Shown here: positions 1-9,596 of the stretch, piece by piece
Position numbering within the stretch: the stretch's first letter is position 1
Layout: each line of letters opens with the position of its first letter
Virus record (IMG/VR): IMGVR_UViG_3300014502_000004
Coordinates: 13,564-77,563 of that record
DNA length: 64,000 bases
Source of the DNA: a virus
Strand: one strand, 5' to 3'
Notes under the pieces: model-generated
Seen by the model: only the letters and a program-made list of their open reading frames with translations
Database searches by the model: none
Told to the model about the DNA's origin: nothing
Translations under genes and position numbers: made by a program

Positions 1-237
1 CATCCTGTTCCAGAACCTGTAATAGCTACTGTAATAGCTCCTGTGAGGCGACCTGTAGGTCGAACGGCTATCACTAGAACACCAGTGACAGCAAAGGTTC
101 CAACTCCTGAAAGTCAGTTGTCAGTTCTAGAACCACCTGTTGTTCGCACGCCAGTTAAGCGAACGCCAGTGGTGAAAGAAGTTGATCCAATTGAGGCAAT
201 GAGACAGAAGTTGAGTATGATTTGGAAGACGAAGTAG
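1..237 (+). CDS. C-terminal part of upstream protein (Pro/Val-rich tail with RTPV repeats), 5' truncated
   Basis: Frame of ORF 43..237 appears open from the window edge; stop at 235-237. Confidence 0.6.
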   Translation, partial: HPVPEPVIATVIAPVRRPVGRTAITRTPVTAKVPTPESQLSVLEPPVVRTPVKRTPVVKEVDPIEAMRQKLSMIWKTK

Positions 238-247
238 ATTCATAAAG

Positions 248-398
248 ATGAGATCATCTGCACTACATAGTCGAGGAGGTGCGGTGTCCAAGACCACGCT
301 GAATCGATTAGAGCAGATGGGGTAGAAGGAGCAGCCCTTTAGGCTAAGCACCTTTATGTGCAGCGTAACCCTCATGTCCCTCACGTAGGAGATCTCAT
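248..398 (+). ncRNA. Candidate structured RNA
   Basis: Nested inverted repeats ATGAGATC(248)/GATCTCAT(391) and CATCTGC/GCAGATG in an intergenic gap, followed by a terminator. Confidence 0.35.
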
Positions 399-399
399 T

Positions 400-434
400 G
401 GCCACCTGGGCTTCGGCTCATGGTGGCCTTTTTT
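400..434 (+). terminator. Rho-independent terminator
   Basis: GGCCACC-TGGGC-TTCG-GCTCA-T-GGTGGCC hairpin with cUUCGg loop followed by T6. Confidence 0.85.
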
Positions 435-474
435 CATGTCTGATCCGTCTTTGATACCCTTTGGGAGGCCCGCT

Positions 475-747
475 ATGCCGCATAAGCTAGTAGATCTTGA
501 ATGTCAGTCCTGTGGTCACAAGTGGGAAGACCTTGTGATGCCTGGGGAGTCTAGAGAGGACTTGCATGGATGTCCTGAATGTGGTTCAACCAAGGTCGTC
601 CTGCTGCCTGGTGGAGTCGCTACAAAACTGCATGACCCTGCTGTGAGAGATGAAGCTCTCAAGAAGCGTAGCATTGATCACTCCAACAAGCATGCAAAGG
701 AGAATCTAGAAAAGTTGCAGCACAAGGGTGTGCTCAGGATGAAGTAG
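475..747 (+). CDS. FmdB-like zinc-ribbon protein
   Basis: GGGAGG RBS then ATG 475; CxxC(GHKWE)...CPECGS. Confidence 0.7.
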   Translation: MPHKLVDLECQSCGHKWEDLVMPGESREDLHGCPECGSTKVVLLPGGVATKLHDPAVRDEALKKRSIDHSNKHAKENLEKLQHKGVLRMK

Positions 748-787
748 TTGCATTACCAAGACCTGCTTAGCAGGCACAAGGACAAGC

Positions 788-2848
788 ATGCAAAGACCAT
801 CAATGTGGCCAGCTCCACTGAAAGCAAGAGTCTGGGATGGAGTAGCTGGGGGAAAGTATCGACTGATAAATACTCTGCCGCTCTGGCAAGAGTTCTTCCC
901 GAGACTGAATGAAAAGATGCTGGTAGGTTGTGATACTGAATCTACCAGTCTGTCCTATCTTGAGGGTCACATCATTGGGTTGAGTTTTAGCTGGGGAGCA
1001 GCCGACTCTTACTACATACCTATTCGGCATGAGACCACTGAGAAGCAGATTGACATAGAGAAGATCAGACCAGACCTGCAAGAGTTCTACTATCATCCCA
1101 AACGAGTGACCACCTGGCATAACTACAAGCATGATGGTCACTTTCTCAGAGAAGAGAAACTAGAGCCACGAGGGATCAAGCACGACACCCGCCTGATGCA
1201 ATCCCTCATTGATGAAACCAGTCTCACAGCTCTCAAGAAGCTCGCCTGCAAAGAAATCCATCCTGATGCTGCCAAGTGGGAGAAAGCTGTTGACGAGTGG
1301 AGGACTCTTTACGCTCGCAAGAACAAGATGCACAAGAACGATGTGCATTACGGTTTGATCCCGCTCGATATCATGACCCCATACGCCAGCAGCGATGCTC
1401 ACTACGAGTGGACACTCTATAAGAAGAAGCTTCCTCTCATCGTTAATGATCCTTATCTATTGGAACTGTACCTTGTCGAGATCAGACTCATGGAAGTGCT
1501 TCTCGACATCGAGCATCGTGGGGTGTTCATCAACAAGAAGTATCTAGAATCTGCTGGCCCAGAGCTGGAGGCAGAAGCCAACAAGTTGAAGCAACAGATC
1601 ATCAAGCAGCTGGGGAAGGTGAACGTGGGCAGCAATGCTCAGGTCATCCCAGCTATGGAGAGGATTGGAGTCGAGTTCAAGAAGAAGACCAAGAGCGGTG
1701 AGAAGTTCTCCCTGGACCACGAGGTGCTGGAAGCCCTTGCATCACGGTACCAGGTCTGTGAGGATTTGCTGGAGTATCGTAGTGCCACTAAGATCAAGAC
1801 CACCTATGTTGATTCAATACTTGAGAAGCTGATACAAGACCAAGAGCTTCACTGTACTTACAACCAGAATGTCTCTACTGGTAGAATGAGTAGCAAGAAG
1901 CCCAACCTTACCAATATACCTGCTAAAGATAAAACCATCCGTAGATCATTTGTTCCTCCAAAAGAAGTGGCTTGTACTTCATGTGGATATTTAGGTAAAC
2001 TGTACATTGTCCCTTCTGTGTGTCCAAAGTGTGGTGGTCAGGTTGTCTCTAGTGATTCATACGTTATGACTTTCTTTGATTATTCTCAAATGGAGGTGAG
2101 GTGTACTGCACATTATTCAGAAGACCCTGTTCTCCTGGATGTGTACAATGTCACTGGTGAGGATGTTCACCTCAGAACAATGTGTGAGGTGTTTGGCTAC
2201 GACTACAATGAGTCACTAAAGATACTGGCTGATGAGAAGCATCCTGAGTACGCTGAGCTTTCGTTTATGCGGAAGGTCGCCAAGATGACCAACTTCTTGA
2301 TCATCTATGGTGGCTCAGGCAAAACTCTTGCTGTCAGAATCAGCACCCCTAAGAAGCAATATACAGAGAAGCAATGCAACAAGTTCATTGATCAATACTT
2401 CGCCAAACTGAAGGGTGTGAAGCGATGGATCAATGAAACCAAGATGTCTTTGCGTCAGATGCATGAAGTGCAGAACTTCTTTGGTCGATACCGTAGGTTT
2501 CCTGAGCTGACACAGCTCATGAGAAGTATCACTAGTGGTTTTGGTGGAACCAAGTGGAAGATTGAGCGGTGCGAGCGGCAAGCGGTCAACTTTCTGATCC
2601 AAGGTACTTGTGCCGATCTGTTCAAAATCTCTATGGTTCGGGTTGGTGACATCATCGCAGGAAAGAGATCAGTCATGGTCATGCCCATCCATGATGAACT
2701 GATCTTCTACATACACAAAGATGAGTTTGATCTCTTGCCTACAATCAAGAGTGAGATGGAACGCTTCAACTTCAAGGTGCCAATGACGGTGGATATTTCT
2801 GTTAGTACCACCAATTGGGCAGATAAAAAGGCACTACACAACGTGTAA
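788..2848 (+). CDS. polA: DNA polymerase family A (3'-5' exonuclease + polymerase) with zinc-ribbon insert
   Basis: ExoI DTE, ExoII HNYKHD, TGRMSS, motif A DYSQME, motif B RKVAKMTNF..YG, motif C IHDE. Confidence 0.97.
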   Translation: MQRPSMWPAPLKARVWDGVAGGKYRLINTLPLWQEFFPRLNEKMLVGCDTESTSLSYLEGHIIGLSFSWGAADSYYIPIRHETTEKQIDIEKIRPDLQEFYYHPKRVTTWHNYKHDGHFLREEKLEPRGIKHDTRLMQSLIDETSLTALKKLACKEIHPDAAKWEKAVDEWRTLYARKNKMHKNDVHYGLIPLDIMTPYASSDAHYEWTLYKKKLPLIVNDPYLLELYLVEIRLMEVLLDIEHRGVFINKKYLESAGPELEAEANKLKQQIIKQLGKVNVGSNAQVIPAMERIGVEFKKKTKSGEKFSLDHEVLEALASRYQVCEDLLEYRSATKIKTTYVDSILEKLIQDQELHCTYNQNVSTGRMSSKKPNLTNIPAKDKTIRRSFVPPKEVACTSCGYLGKLYIVPSVCPKCGGQVVSSDSYVMTFFDYSQMEVRCTAHYSEDPVLLDVYNVTGEDVHLRTMCEVFGYDYNESLKILADEKHPEYAELSFMRKVAKMTNFLIIYGGSGKTLAVRISTPKKQYTEKQCNKFIDQYFAKLKGVKRWINETKMSLRQMHEVQNFFGRYRRFPELTQLMRSITSGFGGTKWKIERCERQAVNFLIQGTCADLFKISMVRVGDIIAGKRSVMVMPIHDELIFYIHKDEFDLLPTIKSEMERFNFKVPMTVDISVSTTNWADKKALHNV

Positions 2849-2874
2849 AACCGATAGCTCACTTGTACTATAGG
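2844..2874 (+). promoter_or_regulatory. Conserved phage promoter-like motif, copy 1
   Basis: TGTAAAA-N12-TTGTACTATAGG; identical boxes and spacing at 23547 and 31334. Confidence 0.8.
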
Positions 2875-2908
2875 GGCAACGGGTTAGAGCATACAGACGG
2901 GGAAACAT

Positions 2909-3556
2909 ATGACTCGAAATTTCAAGGGCTTAGACGTTTCAGTGACTTTCAACGGGATCACTTATCAGTCAAGCCTTGAAGAAGACATCACAATTAACCC
3001 AGTTGATCTTGATGTTGAATTTGTTGAACAATCTCGGAAGTATGCGTGGTGGGCCATTCTAACTGAGGTGGCCAAAGACCTGGTGGGTCAGAAGAAGTAC
3101 CAGGTGGAGTTGCTCTATGCCAAGCTGGACCATGAGAAGCGCACAGCAGCTCTGGTCAACAAGGTCAAACTCACTGAAAAGATGGTGGAAAACGAGGTCA
3201 TCACTGATCCTCGATATCAGAAAACCATGACAGAATACCTCTCAATTAAGAAGGATCACGGTATGCTGCAGGCTGGAAGAGAGGCATTCACACAGCGAAA
3301 GGAGATGTTGATCTCATTGGGGGCTAACTACAGGGCCGAAGGAAATGCAGATCCTGTCATCCTCCAGGAGGTCGCCAAGCAGAAAGCCGTGGCCATGGCG
3401 CGAGCCAGAGCCCAACAGAAGGTTACAAGCTTCGTCAAAGAGGAAGATGACGTTAGAGCCCAGCAGAAGACTCTAGAACCAGTTCGGAGTTCGGCAGCAC
3501 GGACTCCGGCAAAGACAGGCAAGCAGCCGGTCAAGGCTGCCCCCAAGGAGGCTTGA
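2909..3556 (+). CDS. UvsY-like recombination mediator
   Basis: Helical protein with LYAKLD..KLTEKMVENEV.TDPRY pattern; lies between pol and SSB/recA. Confidence 0.6.
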   Translation: MTRNFKGLDVSVTFNGITYQSSLEEDITINPVDLDVEFVEQSRKYAWWAILTEVAKDLVGQKKYQVELLYAKLDHEKRTAALVNKVKLTEKMVENEVITDPRYQKTMTEYLSIKKDHGMLQAGREAFTQRKEMLISLGANYRAEGNADPVILQEVAKQKAVAMARARAQQKVTSFVKEEDDVRAQQKTLEPVRSSAARTPAKTGKQPVKAAPKEA

Positions 3557-3558
3557 AG

Positions 3559-4701
3559 ATGGCTTTGAAGGTTGACATGAAGAAGGCGAAGAAGAAGGCT
3601 GCTGAGGAGGCAACCAAGGCCGCCTCGCGTGGCAGCGGTCGGTTCAGCTACTGGAAGCCAGCACAGGGGAAGAGTCGCATCAGGATTCTGCCGCCATGGT
3701 CTGAGAAGGGACCCAACGCGCTCCAGTTCTGGCGCGAGGTGTTCGTTCACTGGGGTGTGGGACCGGATGAGGAAAACCAGGTTCACCTCCCTTGCCCTAG
3801 ACTCTCACAGGATGGTCCCAAGGGGAAGTGTCCAGTCTGTGAGGAGGTCGAGCGGCTCAAGGCAACCAAGGACCCCTCCAATCTGGAGTTGTCCAAGAGC
3901 ATCAGGGCGAAGCAGCGGGCCTACTCCAACATCATCGATCTGGAAGACCCGATCTGGAAGCAGGAAGACATCGATGAGCAGGTTGCTGCTGGTGCTGATG
4001 CAACCACGCTTCCCAAGGTTGGGACCCCCAAGATTCAGGTCTTCTCCTACGGTCCCAAGATCATGAAGCAGCTCCTCGACTTCTACACAGAGGAGATCGA
4101 TTTCACTGATCTAGAAGCTGGTCACGATGTGGTCATCACTCGTGAGGGTCAGGGGCTTCAGACCGACTATCGAGTGATCCTCAACACCAAGCAGACCAAG
4201 GCTCCCATCAAGGGTGAGCCAACACTGCATGACCTGGACAAGATTCTCCCCTTCCGCGAGCCCTACGAGATGAAGGCTCTCCTGGAAGGTCTGGACCCGA
4301 GTGAGGTCAAGGCTCTGGAGGAGGGCACCGAGGCAAGCACGGAAGAGCCCGCCGAAGAGGAGACTGCTGCTGAGGAGGAGGCTGAGGAGAGCGGTGGGAA
4401 CGGGGAGAGCGAGGTTCCCGAGGAGGAGATCGAGGCAGCGGCTGAGGTTCAGTACCCACCGTGCTTTGGCACCGAGTGTGACCCCAAGGATTCGGTGTGC
4501 AACACGGACTGTCAGCTGTTCCCTGAGTGCAAGACCAAGTGTGGCATCGTGGATGAGCCGCCCAAGCCCAAGAGGCAAGCGGCAAAGTCTGCAGCTCCAG
4601 CTGGGAAGCCTGCGGCAAAGGCATCTCCCGCAGCAGGAAAGGCTGTTGCTGGAGCTGATGATCTGATCGCTCAAATGAAGGCAGCGGTCGAAGGAAAGTA
4701 G
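3559..4701 (+). CDS. Single-stranded DNA-binding protein (T4 gp32-like)
   Basis: IRILPP, HW, CPVCE zinc site, GHDVVITREG, acidic C-terminal region; AGGAGG RBS. Confidence 0.85.
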   Translation: MALKVDMKKAKKKAAEEATKAASRGSGRFSYWKPAQGKSRIRILPPWSEKGPNALQFWREVFVHWGVGPDEENQVHLPCPRLSQDGPKGKCPVCEEVERLKATKDPSNLELSKSIRAKQRAYSNIIDLEDPIWKQEDIDEQVAAGADATTLPKVGTPKIQVFSYGPKIMKQLLDFYTEEIDFTDLEAGHDVVITREGQGLQTDYRVILNTKQTKAPIKGEPTLHDLDKILPFREPYEMKALLEGLDPSEVKALEEGTEASTEEPAEEETAAEEEAEESGGNGESEVPEEEIEAAAEVQYPPCFGTECDPKDSVCNTDCQLFPECKTKCGIVDEPPKPKRQAAKSAAPAGKPAAKASPAAGKAVAGADDLIAQMKAAVEGK

Positions 4702-4715
4702 AGAGGAGAACGGAA

Positions 4716-5021
4716 ATGGGAGCAAAGGAAGAGAAAGAGAAGCAGGAGAAGGTCAACGCGCTCGTGGCTCGTTACCAGGAGAGGCTGGAGAAGCGAGTGG
4801 CTTCGGGCAAGGATCTGCCTGAGCCCGGCAATCGCCGTGGTCGACTTCCCACGGGTGTGGCAGAGAAGGACATGGAGCGGTACGTCGCTCTGCGTGAGCA
4901 GCTGGGGCAGCTGAAGGATCTGCGCCGGAATTCGGTCGACAAGCTTCGTGAGATCAAGAAGCAGATGGATGATCTTCGCGGTGGGTCCAAGCCCACCAAG
5001 AAGAAGGCAGCGAAGAAGTAA
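4716..5021 (+). CDS. Basic coiled-coil hypothetical protein
   Basis: GAGGAG RBS, codon usage like neighbouring genes. Confidence 0.7.
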   Translation: MGAKEEKEKQEKVNALVARYQERLEKRVASGKDLPEPGNRRGRLPTGVAEKDMERYVALREQLGQLKDLRRNSVDKLREIKKQMDDLRGGSKPTKKKAAKK

Positions 5022-5029
5022 GATCAACG

Positions 5030-5155
5030 AAATCCGGTGGAACGCCGCTTCGGTTGGACAGTCGGAGGATTGTCCAAAAGGGTAACTCAGCTCAACTAGG
5101 CGTGACAGCTCGGAGAGACGGCATTAACCAACGCCCGTGCGGGGGAATGTCGGGC
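5030..5155 (+). ncRNA. Candidate multi-hairpin RNA or leader
   Basis: 10-bp hairpin TTGGACAGTC-GGAG-GATTGTCCAA (5054-5077); GCCCG..CGGGC hairpin abutting the next RBS. Confidence 0.35.
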
Positions 5156-5162
5156 AAAGGAG

Positions 5163-5360
5163 ATGAGGATGAGTTCTACTCAGGAGAAGATGAACACTCT
5201 GGCCTGCTACGCAGAGATGCTTCGGCGAAATATCGAAATCGCCAGGCATATCAACAACCACCCGGAAAAGTCTGCGCCGTTAGTAATCGACAGCGCCGAG
5301 AAGTTGGTGGAGGCCAACTCGCTAGGCAAAAAGATCATCATCGCTGAGTTTAACGTCTGA
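5163..5360 (+). CDS. Hypothetical protein
   Basis: AAGGAG RBS, 65 aa. Confidence 0.55.
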   Translation: MRMSSTQEKMNTLACYAEMLRRNIEIARHINNHPEKSAPLVIDSAEKLVEANSLGKKIIIAEFNV

Positions 5361-5481
5361 GTTAAGCATTTGACTCATTGTTTGCAAAGCAGAGTAGTCG
5401 CCACGCCGGTCAATGGCACCTGGAGTCTCCAGGGGAGCAAGTGAGCAAAAGAGTTGTAAGTAGAATTCTGCATGGGGATAC

Positions 5482-6039
5482 TTGATGATCGAAAGATTAT
5501 GCCAGAAGTGTGGTAGATCATTTAAAGTATCCCCATGCATAATTCGTTCTGGCCATGGCATTTTTTGTAGTAAAAGTTGTTCTGCAAAGTCAAGAAAGAA
5601 TCCTGCTGGACCACAGAATGGTCCTAACAATCATAACTGGAAGGGAGGAGTGATTCTTTCTACCAAGGGATACTGGTATGTCTGGAGACCCGATCATGTT
5701 AGGGCAGATAAGAAAGGTTATGTAAAACGAGCTGATTTGATTATGGAAGAAGTGTTAGGTAGATCGCTAGAGAGTGATGAGGTTGTACATCACGGTCCTG
5801 GTGGTAAGGAAGATGATTCTCCAGGTAATTTAAGTGTAATGATCTCTAAGGACCATTCTAGTTATCATTGTAAGAATAATCAAAGATTGAAAAGATATAA
5901 ATGGCCCTCTGATGAGCAATTGTTAGAATTCAGAAAGAAATTGTCATTTCGAGAATTGGCTAAAATTGTTGGCTGTAGTGACAGTACAGTACGCCAACAT
6001 ATTAAGCGAATTCTTGAATCTCGGAGGATCAATGGCTAG
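5482..6039 (+). CDS. Free-standing HNH homing endonuclease (N-terminal Cys zinc finger, C-terminal HTH)
   Basis: CxxC..FCSKSC, NHNWKGG, EVVHH..DDSPGNL..H..YH; AT-richer than flanks. Confidence 0.85.
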   Translation: MMIERLCQKCGRSFKVSPCIIRSGHGIFCSKSCSAKSRKNPAGPQNGPNNHNWKGGVILSTKGYWYVWRPDHVRADKKGYVKRADLIMEEVLGRSLESDEVVHHGPGGKEDDSPGNLSVMISKDHSSYHCKNNQRLKRYKWPSDEQLLEFRKKLSFRELAKIVGCSDSTVRQHIKRILESRRING

Positions 6040-7243
6040 GCAAGCAGTCTCGAAGAAACCAGATAACTCCTCTCTCAGAGAGCTAGAAGCAGAACTGAAA
6101 GCGATGGGTGTGGTGGGTGAGGAAGCTGAAGCTCTCCTCAATCAAGCTCAGGGTGGGAAGATTCCAACTTCTCTGAAACCACGACCATCAGATCCTGCAC
6201 GGGAGAAGGATGCTGCATTCATTACTAGCGTGGTCAAAAGGATGGAGAAACAGTTCGGCGAGGGAGCAGCTCTTACTCCAACGTCTGAGACTGTACTTTG
6301 TAAAGTAGAACACTGGGTCTCCACACGCAACTTCCTGATTGACTCAGCGATTGCTGGTGGCCTGCCAATGCCTCGTCCATTGGTCCCGTTTGGTCGCATG
6401 ACGGAGATCTCTGGATTGAACACCACAGGCAAGACAACGTTGATGGGCATGATCATCGCTGAGACTCAGGCGACAGGTGGCATTGCTGCTGTTTCTGATA
6501 CAGAGGAAGCTCTTGATCTAGCCTACTGGGAGCAGATTGGTGTGGACCTGTCTCGCCTCATCATCATACCTGCGCTCACGATTGAAGAGGTGTTCACCAA
6601 GGTCGAGTCCATGGTGGATGTCATTCGAGAGATGGGTGACGAACGCCTCATCTGCATTGGATGGGATTCTCTTGGTGGTACTCCAACCAAAGAACAAGAA
6701 GCTGCAGCAGCTGATGATAAGTTCTACGCTTCAGCTGCAAAGGTGGTTGGACAGAACCTTCAACGCATCATTGGCAAGATCAGCAAGAAGCGCATTGCCT
6801 TGGTGATCAACAATCACCTCTACCGCAAGATGGATGTGAAGTACGGTGACCCTTGGGAGACCTATGGTGGCGAGAAGATGAAGTTCTTCGCTACACTTCG
6901 CATTCGTTTGCAACAGATTGGCCAGATCAATGAAGGTTCTGATGAAGAGAAGCAGACCATTGGTCATTTGGTCAAGGTCAAGATCATCAAGAACAAGATG
7001 GCTCCAATCCTTCGCTCTGTTGAAGTGCCCTGCATTGGTGGCTATGGTTTCAGCCTTGACTACTCCGTGTACGAGCACGCGCAGAAGCAAGGTCTCATCA
7101 CAGGGAAGCAATGGAAAGAGTGGAATGGGACCAAGTTCCAGGGATGGCGTGGATTCCGAGATAAGATCATGACGCTTAGTGACTACCCAGAGTTGGTTCA
7201 GAAAGTGATCAACAACTACCACACCAAGATGACTGTAAAATAG
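6032..7243 (+). CDS. recA: RecA/UvsX recombinase
   Basis: Walker A GLNTTGKT, DTEEALD, WDSLG, TYGGEKMKFFATLRI, KNKM. Confidence 0.95.
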   Translation: MARQAVSKKPDNSSLRELEAELKAMGVVGEEAEALLNQAQGGKIPTSLKPRPSDPAREKDAAFITSVVKRMEKQFGEGAALTPTSETVLCKVEHWVSTRNFLIDSAIAGGLPMPRPLVPFGRMTEISGLNTTGKTTLMGMIIAETQATGGIAAVSDTEEALDLAYWEQIGVDLSRLIIIPALTIEEVFTKVESMVDVIREMGDERLICIGWDSLGGTPTKEQEAAAADDKFYASAAKVVGQNLQRIIGKISKKRIALVINNHLYRKMDVKYGDPWETYGGEKMKFFATLRIRLQQIGQINEGSDEEKQTIGHLVKVKIIKNKMAPILRSVEVPCIGGYGFSLDYSVYEHAQKQGLITGKQWKEWNGTKFQGWRGFRDKIMTLSDYPELVQKVINNYHTKMTVK

Positions 7244-7249
7244 AAGGGA

Positions 7250-7454
7250 TTTCCTACTGGCCAGGCAAGGGCCAGTGAAAGCGGGGATAACGACAGTTAC
7301 CTGTGGTGTGATGCATAAGCACCTATCCATAGGGAACCGCTGGCGAAGGCACCCGACGTAGGAAAAGACGATAACGAAACCGGGACCAGATCAAGAGCCA
7401 TGGCAACTCTTGGGTCTGGTGGCTGTGGAGCGACAAGGCAGGGGCGACCACAGC
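7250..7454 (+). ncRNA. Candidate structured ncRNA (~200 nt)
   Basis: TTTCCTAC/GTAGGAAA closes a multi-stem domain; long hairpin 7385-7420; GCTGTGG/CCACAGC hairpin. Confidence 0.5.
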
Positions 7455-7473
7455 ATTTCATGGAGTGGATGCC

Positions 7474-8583
7474 ATGCGAGTTCTTCTCTTCTCAGATCTA
7501 CACGCACATCAATTCAAGCCATACTCCACAGTTCTGTCAAACGGGCTCAACTCTAGGTTCCAGGATGTCCTGAACATACTGGACCAGATTAGAGTCATTG
7601 CTGGGGCAGAGAAGGTTGGTCTGATTCTGTTCGGTGGTGACTTGTTCCATGTGCGTCGGGTCATCAATGTTCAGACCTTCAACTTCGTGTTTGAAGCCAT
7701 CGCACGATTGAAACTGGCTCGCAAAGGCTCACCAGGTTGTCAATTGGGACTTCTGGTGGGTAACCACGATCAGACCGACAGGTCTGGTGGCATTCATAGC
7801 ATCTACGCATTTGGTGCTATGGTTGAAGTCATGGATAGGATCAAATGGCATACCTTTGCCGTGGGTCAGGATCGGTTGAATGTGCTAGCTGTCCCTTACT
7901 TTGGGAACAAGCAGGAGGCATTGAAACAGATCAACGAAGCCGTACAATCCGCACAGCTCCAGGGTCCATCGATTCTCCTTGGCCATTTTGGTATCAGTGG
8001 GGCTTTGGCTGGATCAAACTTTGTGTTAGTGGACAAGGAACTCATGGAGCTTGAGGACATCAAACCAGATCAATTCGATCAGGTGTTCCTTGGCCACTAC
8101 CATGAGTCACAGCAGCTGGCCCCCAACGTCCGCTACATTGGGGCTCCCATGCATCACAACTGGGGAGACTTTGGCCAGGAGCGAGGCTGTTTGATCTGGG
8201 ATACGGATTCCAACAGGGTCGACTTCATCCCGCTGCTATACCCATCGTTTGTGAAGATGAGCCTGGATGAGCTGCAGCATCTCCCTAATGTAAAAGTACA
8301 AGGGGACTTCATTAGGGTGTTTTGCCTACACGGGGTAAGACCTCAAGGAGAAGAGAAGGTTAAGGACGATCTGGTAAATCAGCTGGGTGCAAGGTCAGTG
8401 GAATTCATCGATGAGGCTGTAGAAAACCAGAAACTTGCTGAGGCTGGTCCATACCAACCAGGCACAGACATTGAGACTATGATCCAGCACTTTGTTTCTA
8501 GCAACGACGGTGACCTGGACCCTGAGATGCTAATCGAAGCTGGACTGGACCTCTACCGTGCTGCTGTGTCAAAGGAGAAGTGA
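7474..8583 (+). CDS. SbcD/Mre11-like (gp47-like) nuclease
   Basis: Metallophosphoesterase motifs DLH, GDLFH, GNHD, LGHYH. Confidence 0.92.
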   Translation: MRVLLFSDLHAHQFKPYSTVLSNGLNSRFQDVLNILDQIRVIAGAEKVGLILFGGDLFHVRRVINVQTFNFVFEAIARLKLARKGSPGCQLGLLVGNHDQTDRSGGIHSIYAFGAMVEVMDRIKWHTFAVGQDRLNVLAVPYFGNKQEALKQINEAVQSAQLQGPSILLGHFGISGALAGSNFVLVDKELMELEDIKPDQFDQVFLGHYHESQQLAPNVRYIGAPMHHNWGDFGQERGCLIWDTDSNRVDFIPLLYPSFVKMSLDELQHLPNVKVQGDFIRVFCLHGVRPQGEEKVKDDLVNQLGARSVEFIDEAVENQKLAEAGPYQPGTDIETMIQHFVSSNDGDLDPEMLIEAGLDLYRAAVSKEK

Positions 8584-9029
8584 TGAATTCGGTACTACAA
8601 GATTGGGTGATGGAGCTGCCACGTCGTGAGCAGGGTACGCTGCTGACAGGGATTCGGGGCTGTGACCTTGCTCCGAAACGATCAGGAGAAGAGTCCTCTG
8701 AACGACGGCTAGTCGCCTTCCTTCGTTACTGTGTGATGAACCCTGCAGATTCTAGGGAGGTGGATATTCCCCAGGCGTTCTTTCAGTCTACTCCACCCAG
8801 TAGCTGGAAGCCGTCTGAGTTTGGTCACTACCCTCAGCACTGGTACGCGCATCTGATGCATTGCTTCGAGGTTGTTGGTTATCGTCACCCATATCATCCG
8901 CTCGCGCATGCAGCTAATGAGATTTATTTGCGGCTCGTCAAGAATCTTCATCTCAATCCTGAAAGCAAAAAGGAGATGGTCGCTATGTTGTCGTTAGATC
9001 GAATCGCTAACGGAACAGTGGTGTCATGA
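8580..9029 (+). CDS. Hypothetical phage protein
   Basis: Translationally coupled to both neighbours. Confidence 0.7.
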   Translation: MMNSVLQDWVMELPRREQGTLLTGIRGCDLAPKRSGEESSERRLVAFLRYCVMNPADSREVDIPQAFFQSTPPSSWKPSEFGHYPQHWYAHLMHCFEVVGYRHPYHPLAHAANEIYLRLVKNLHLNPESKKEMVAMLSLDRIANGTVVS

Positions 9030-9583
9030 AACGATTGATTATTGCTTTTGGTCATCGTCGGGAGAGAGGCAAGAACACAGCATCGTTGACAACCAAACAG
9101 TTCCTCAAAGATCGATATGTCCGAGAGGACTCATTTGCACGCTCACTCAAAGAGACTTGCAAGGCTGTCTTTAGCTTCAGTGAGGAGCAGGTAAACGGCA
9201 AGCTGAAGGGTGTTACTGACGAGTATTGGGGCTTCACTCCTCGGTGGGCACTTCAGACTGTAGGGACTGAGTTGTTTCGTCAGCATATAGATCCAGCTAT
9301 CTGGGCCAAGTCTCTAGTGCGACGCATTATGCTGCATCCAGAACATCATTTCTTGATCACAGACTTACGATTCACCAATGAGGCTGAGGCTATCAAAGCA
9401 TGTGGTGGCTTTGTGGTCCGTTGTGATCGAGACATACCTTTTGATCCAGAGATAGATTCTCATCAATCAGAAATTGATCTTCTTAACTATACAAACTGGG
9501 ATTTCATCATTGACAATAATGGTAGCTTTGAAGATCTGTCTAAACAGATCAAGACCATGATCAAGACCATGCTATACCTCTGA
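9026..9583 (+). CDS. Deoxynucleoside monophosphate kinase (T4 gp1-like)
   Basis: GHRRERGKNT P-loop variant, SFARSLK, TPRWALQTVGTE, ITDLRF.NE, H.SE. Confidence 0.88.
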   Translation: MKRLIIAFGHRRERGKNTASLTTKQFLKDRYVREDSFARSLKETCKAVFSFSEEQVNGKLKGVTDEYWGFTPRWALQTVGTELFRQHIDPAIWAKSLVRRIMLHPEHHFLITDLRFTNEAEAIKACGGFVVRCDRDIPFDPEIDSHQSEIDLLNYTNWDFIIDNNGSFEDLSKQIKTMIKTMLYL

Positions 9584-9596
9584 TCAGGGCAGATAA

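Noticed and set aside
1960-2065. Mini-intein in PolA
   Set aside because: Too short; lacks the intein N- and C-terminal splicing blocks
5360-6039. Group I intron carrying the HNH gene
   Set aside because: No interrupted host gene; recA is intact; no recognisable P7 core
7234-7262. Fourth copy of the phage promoter
   Set aside because: TGTAAAA is present but the downstream box matches only TACT
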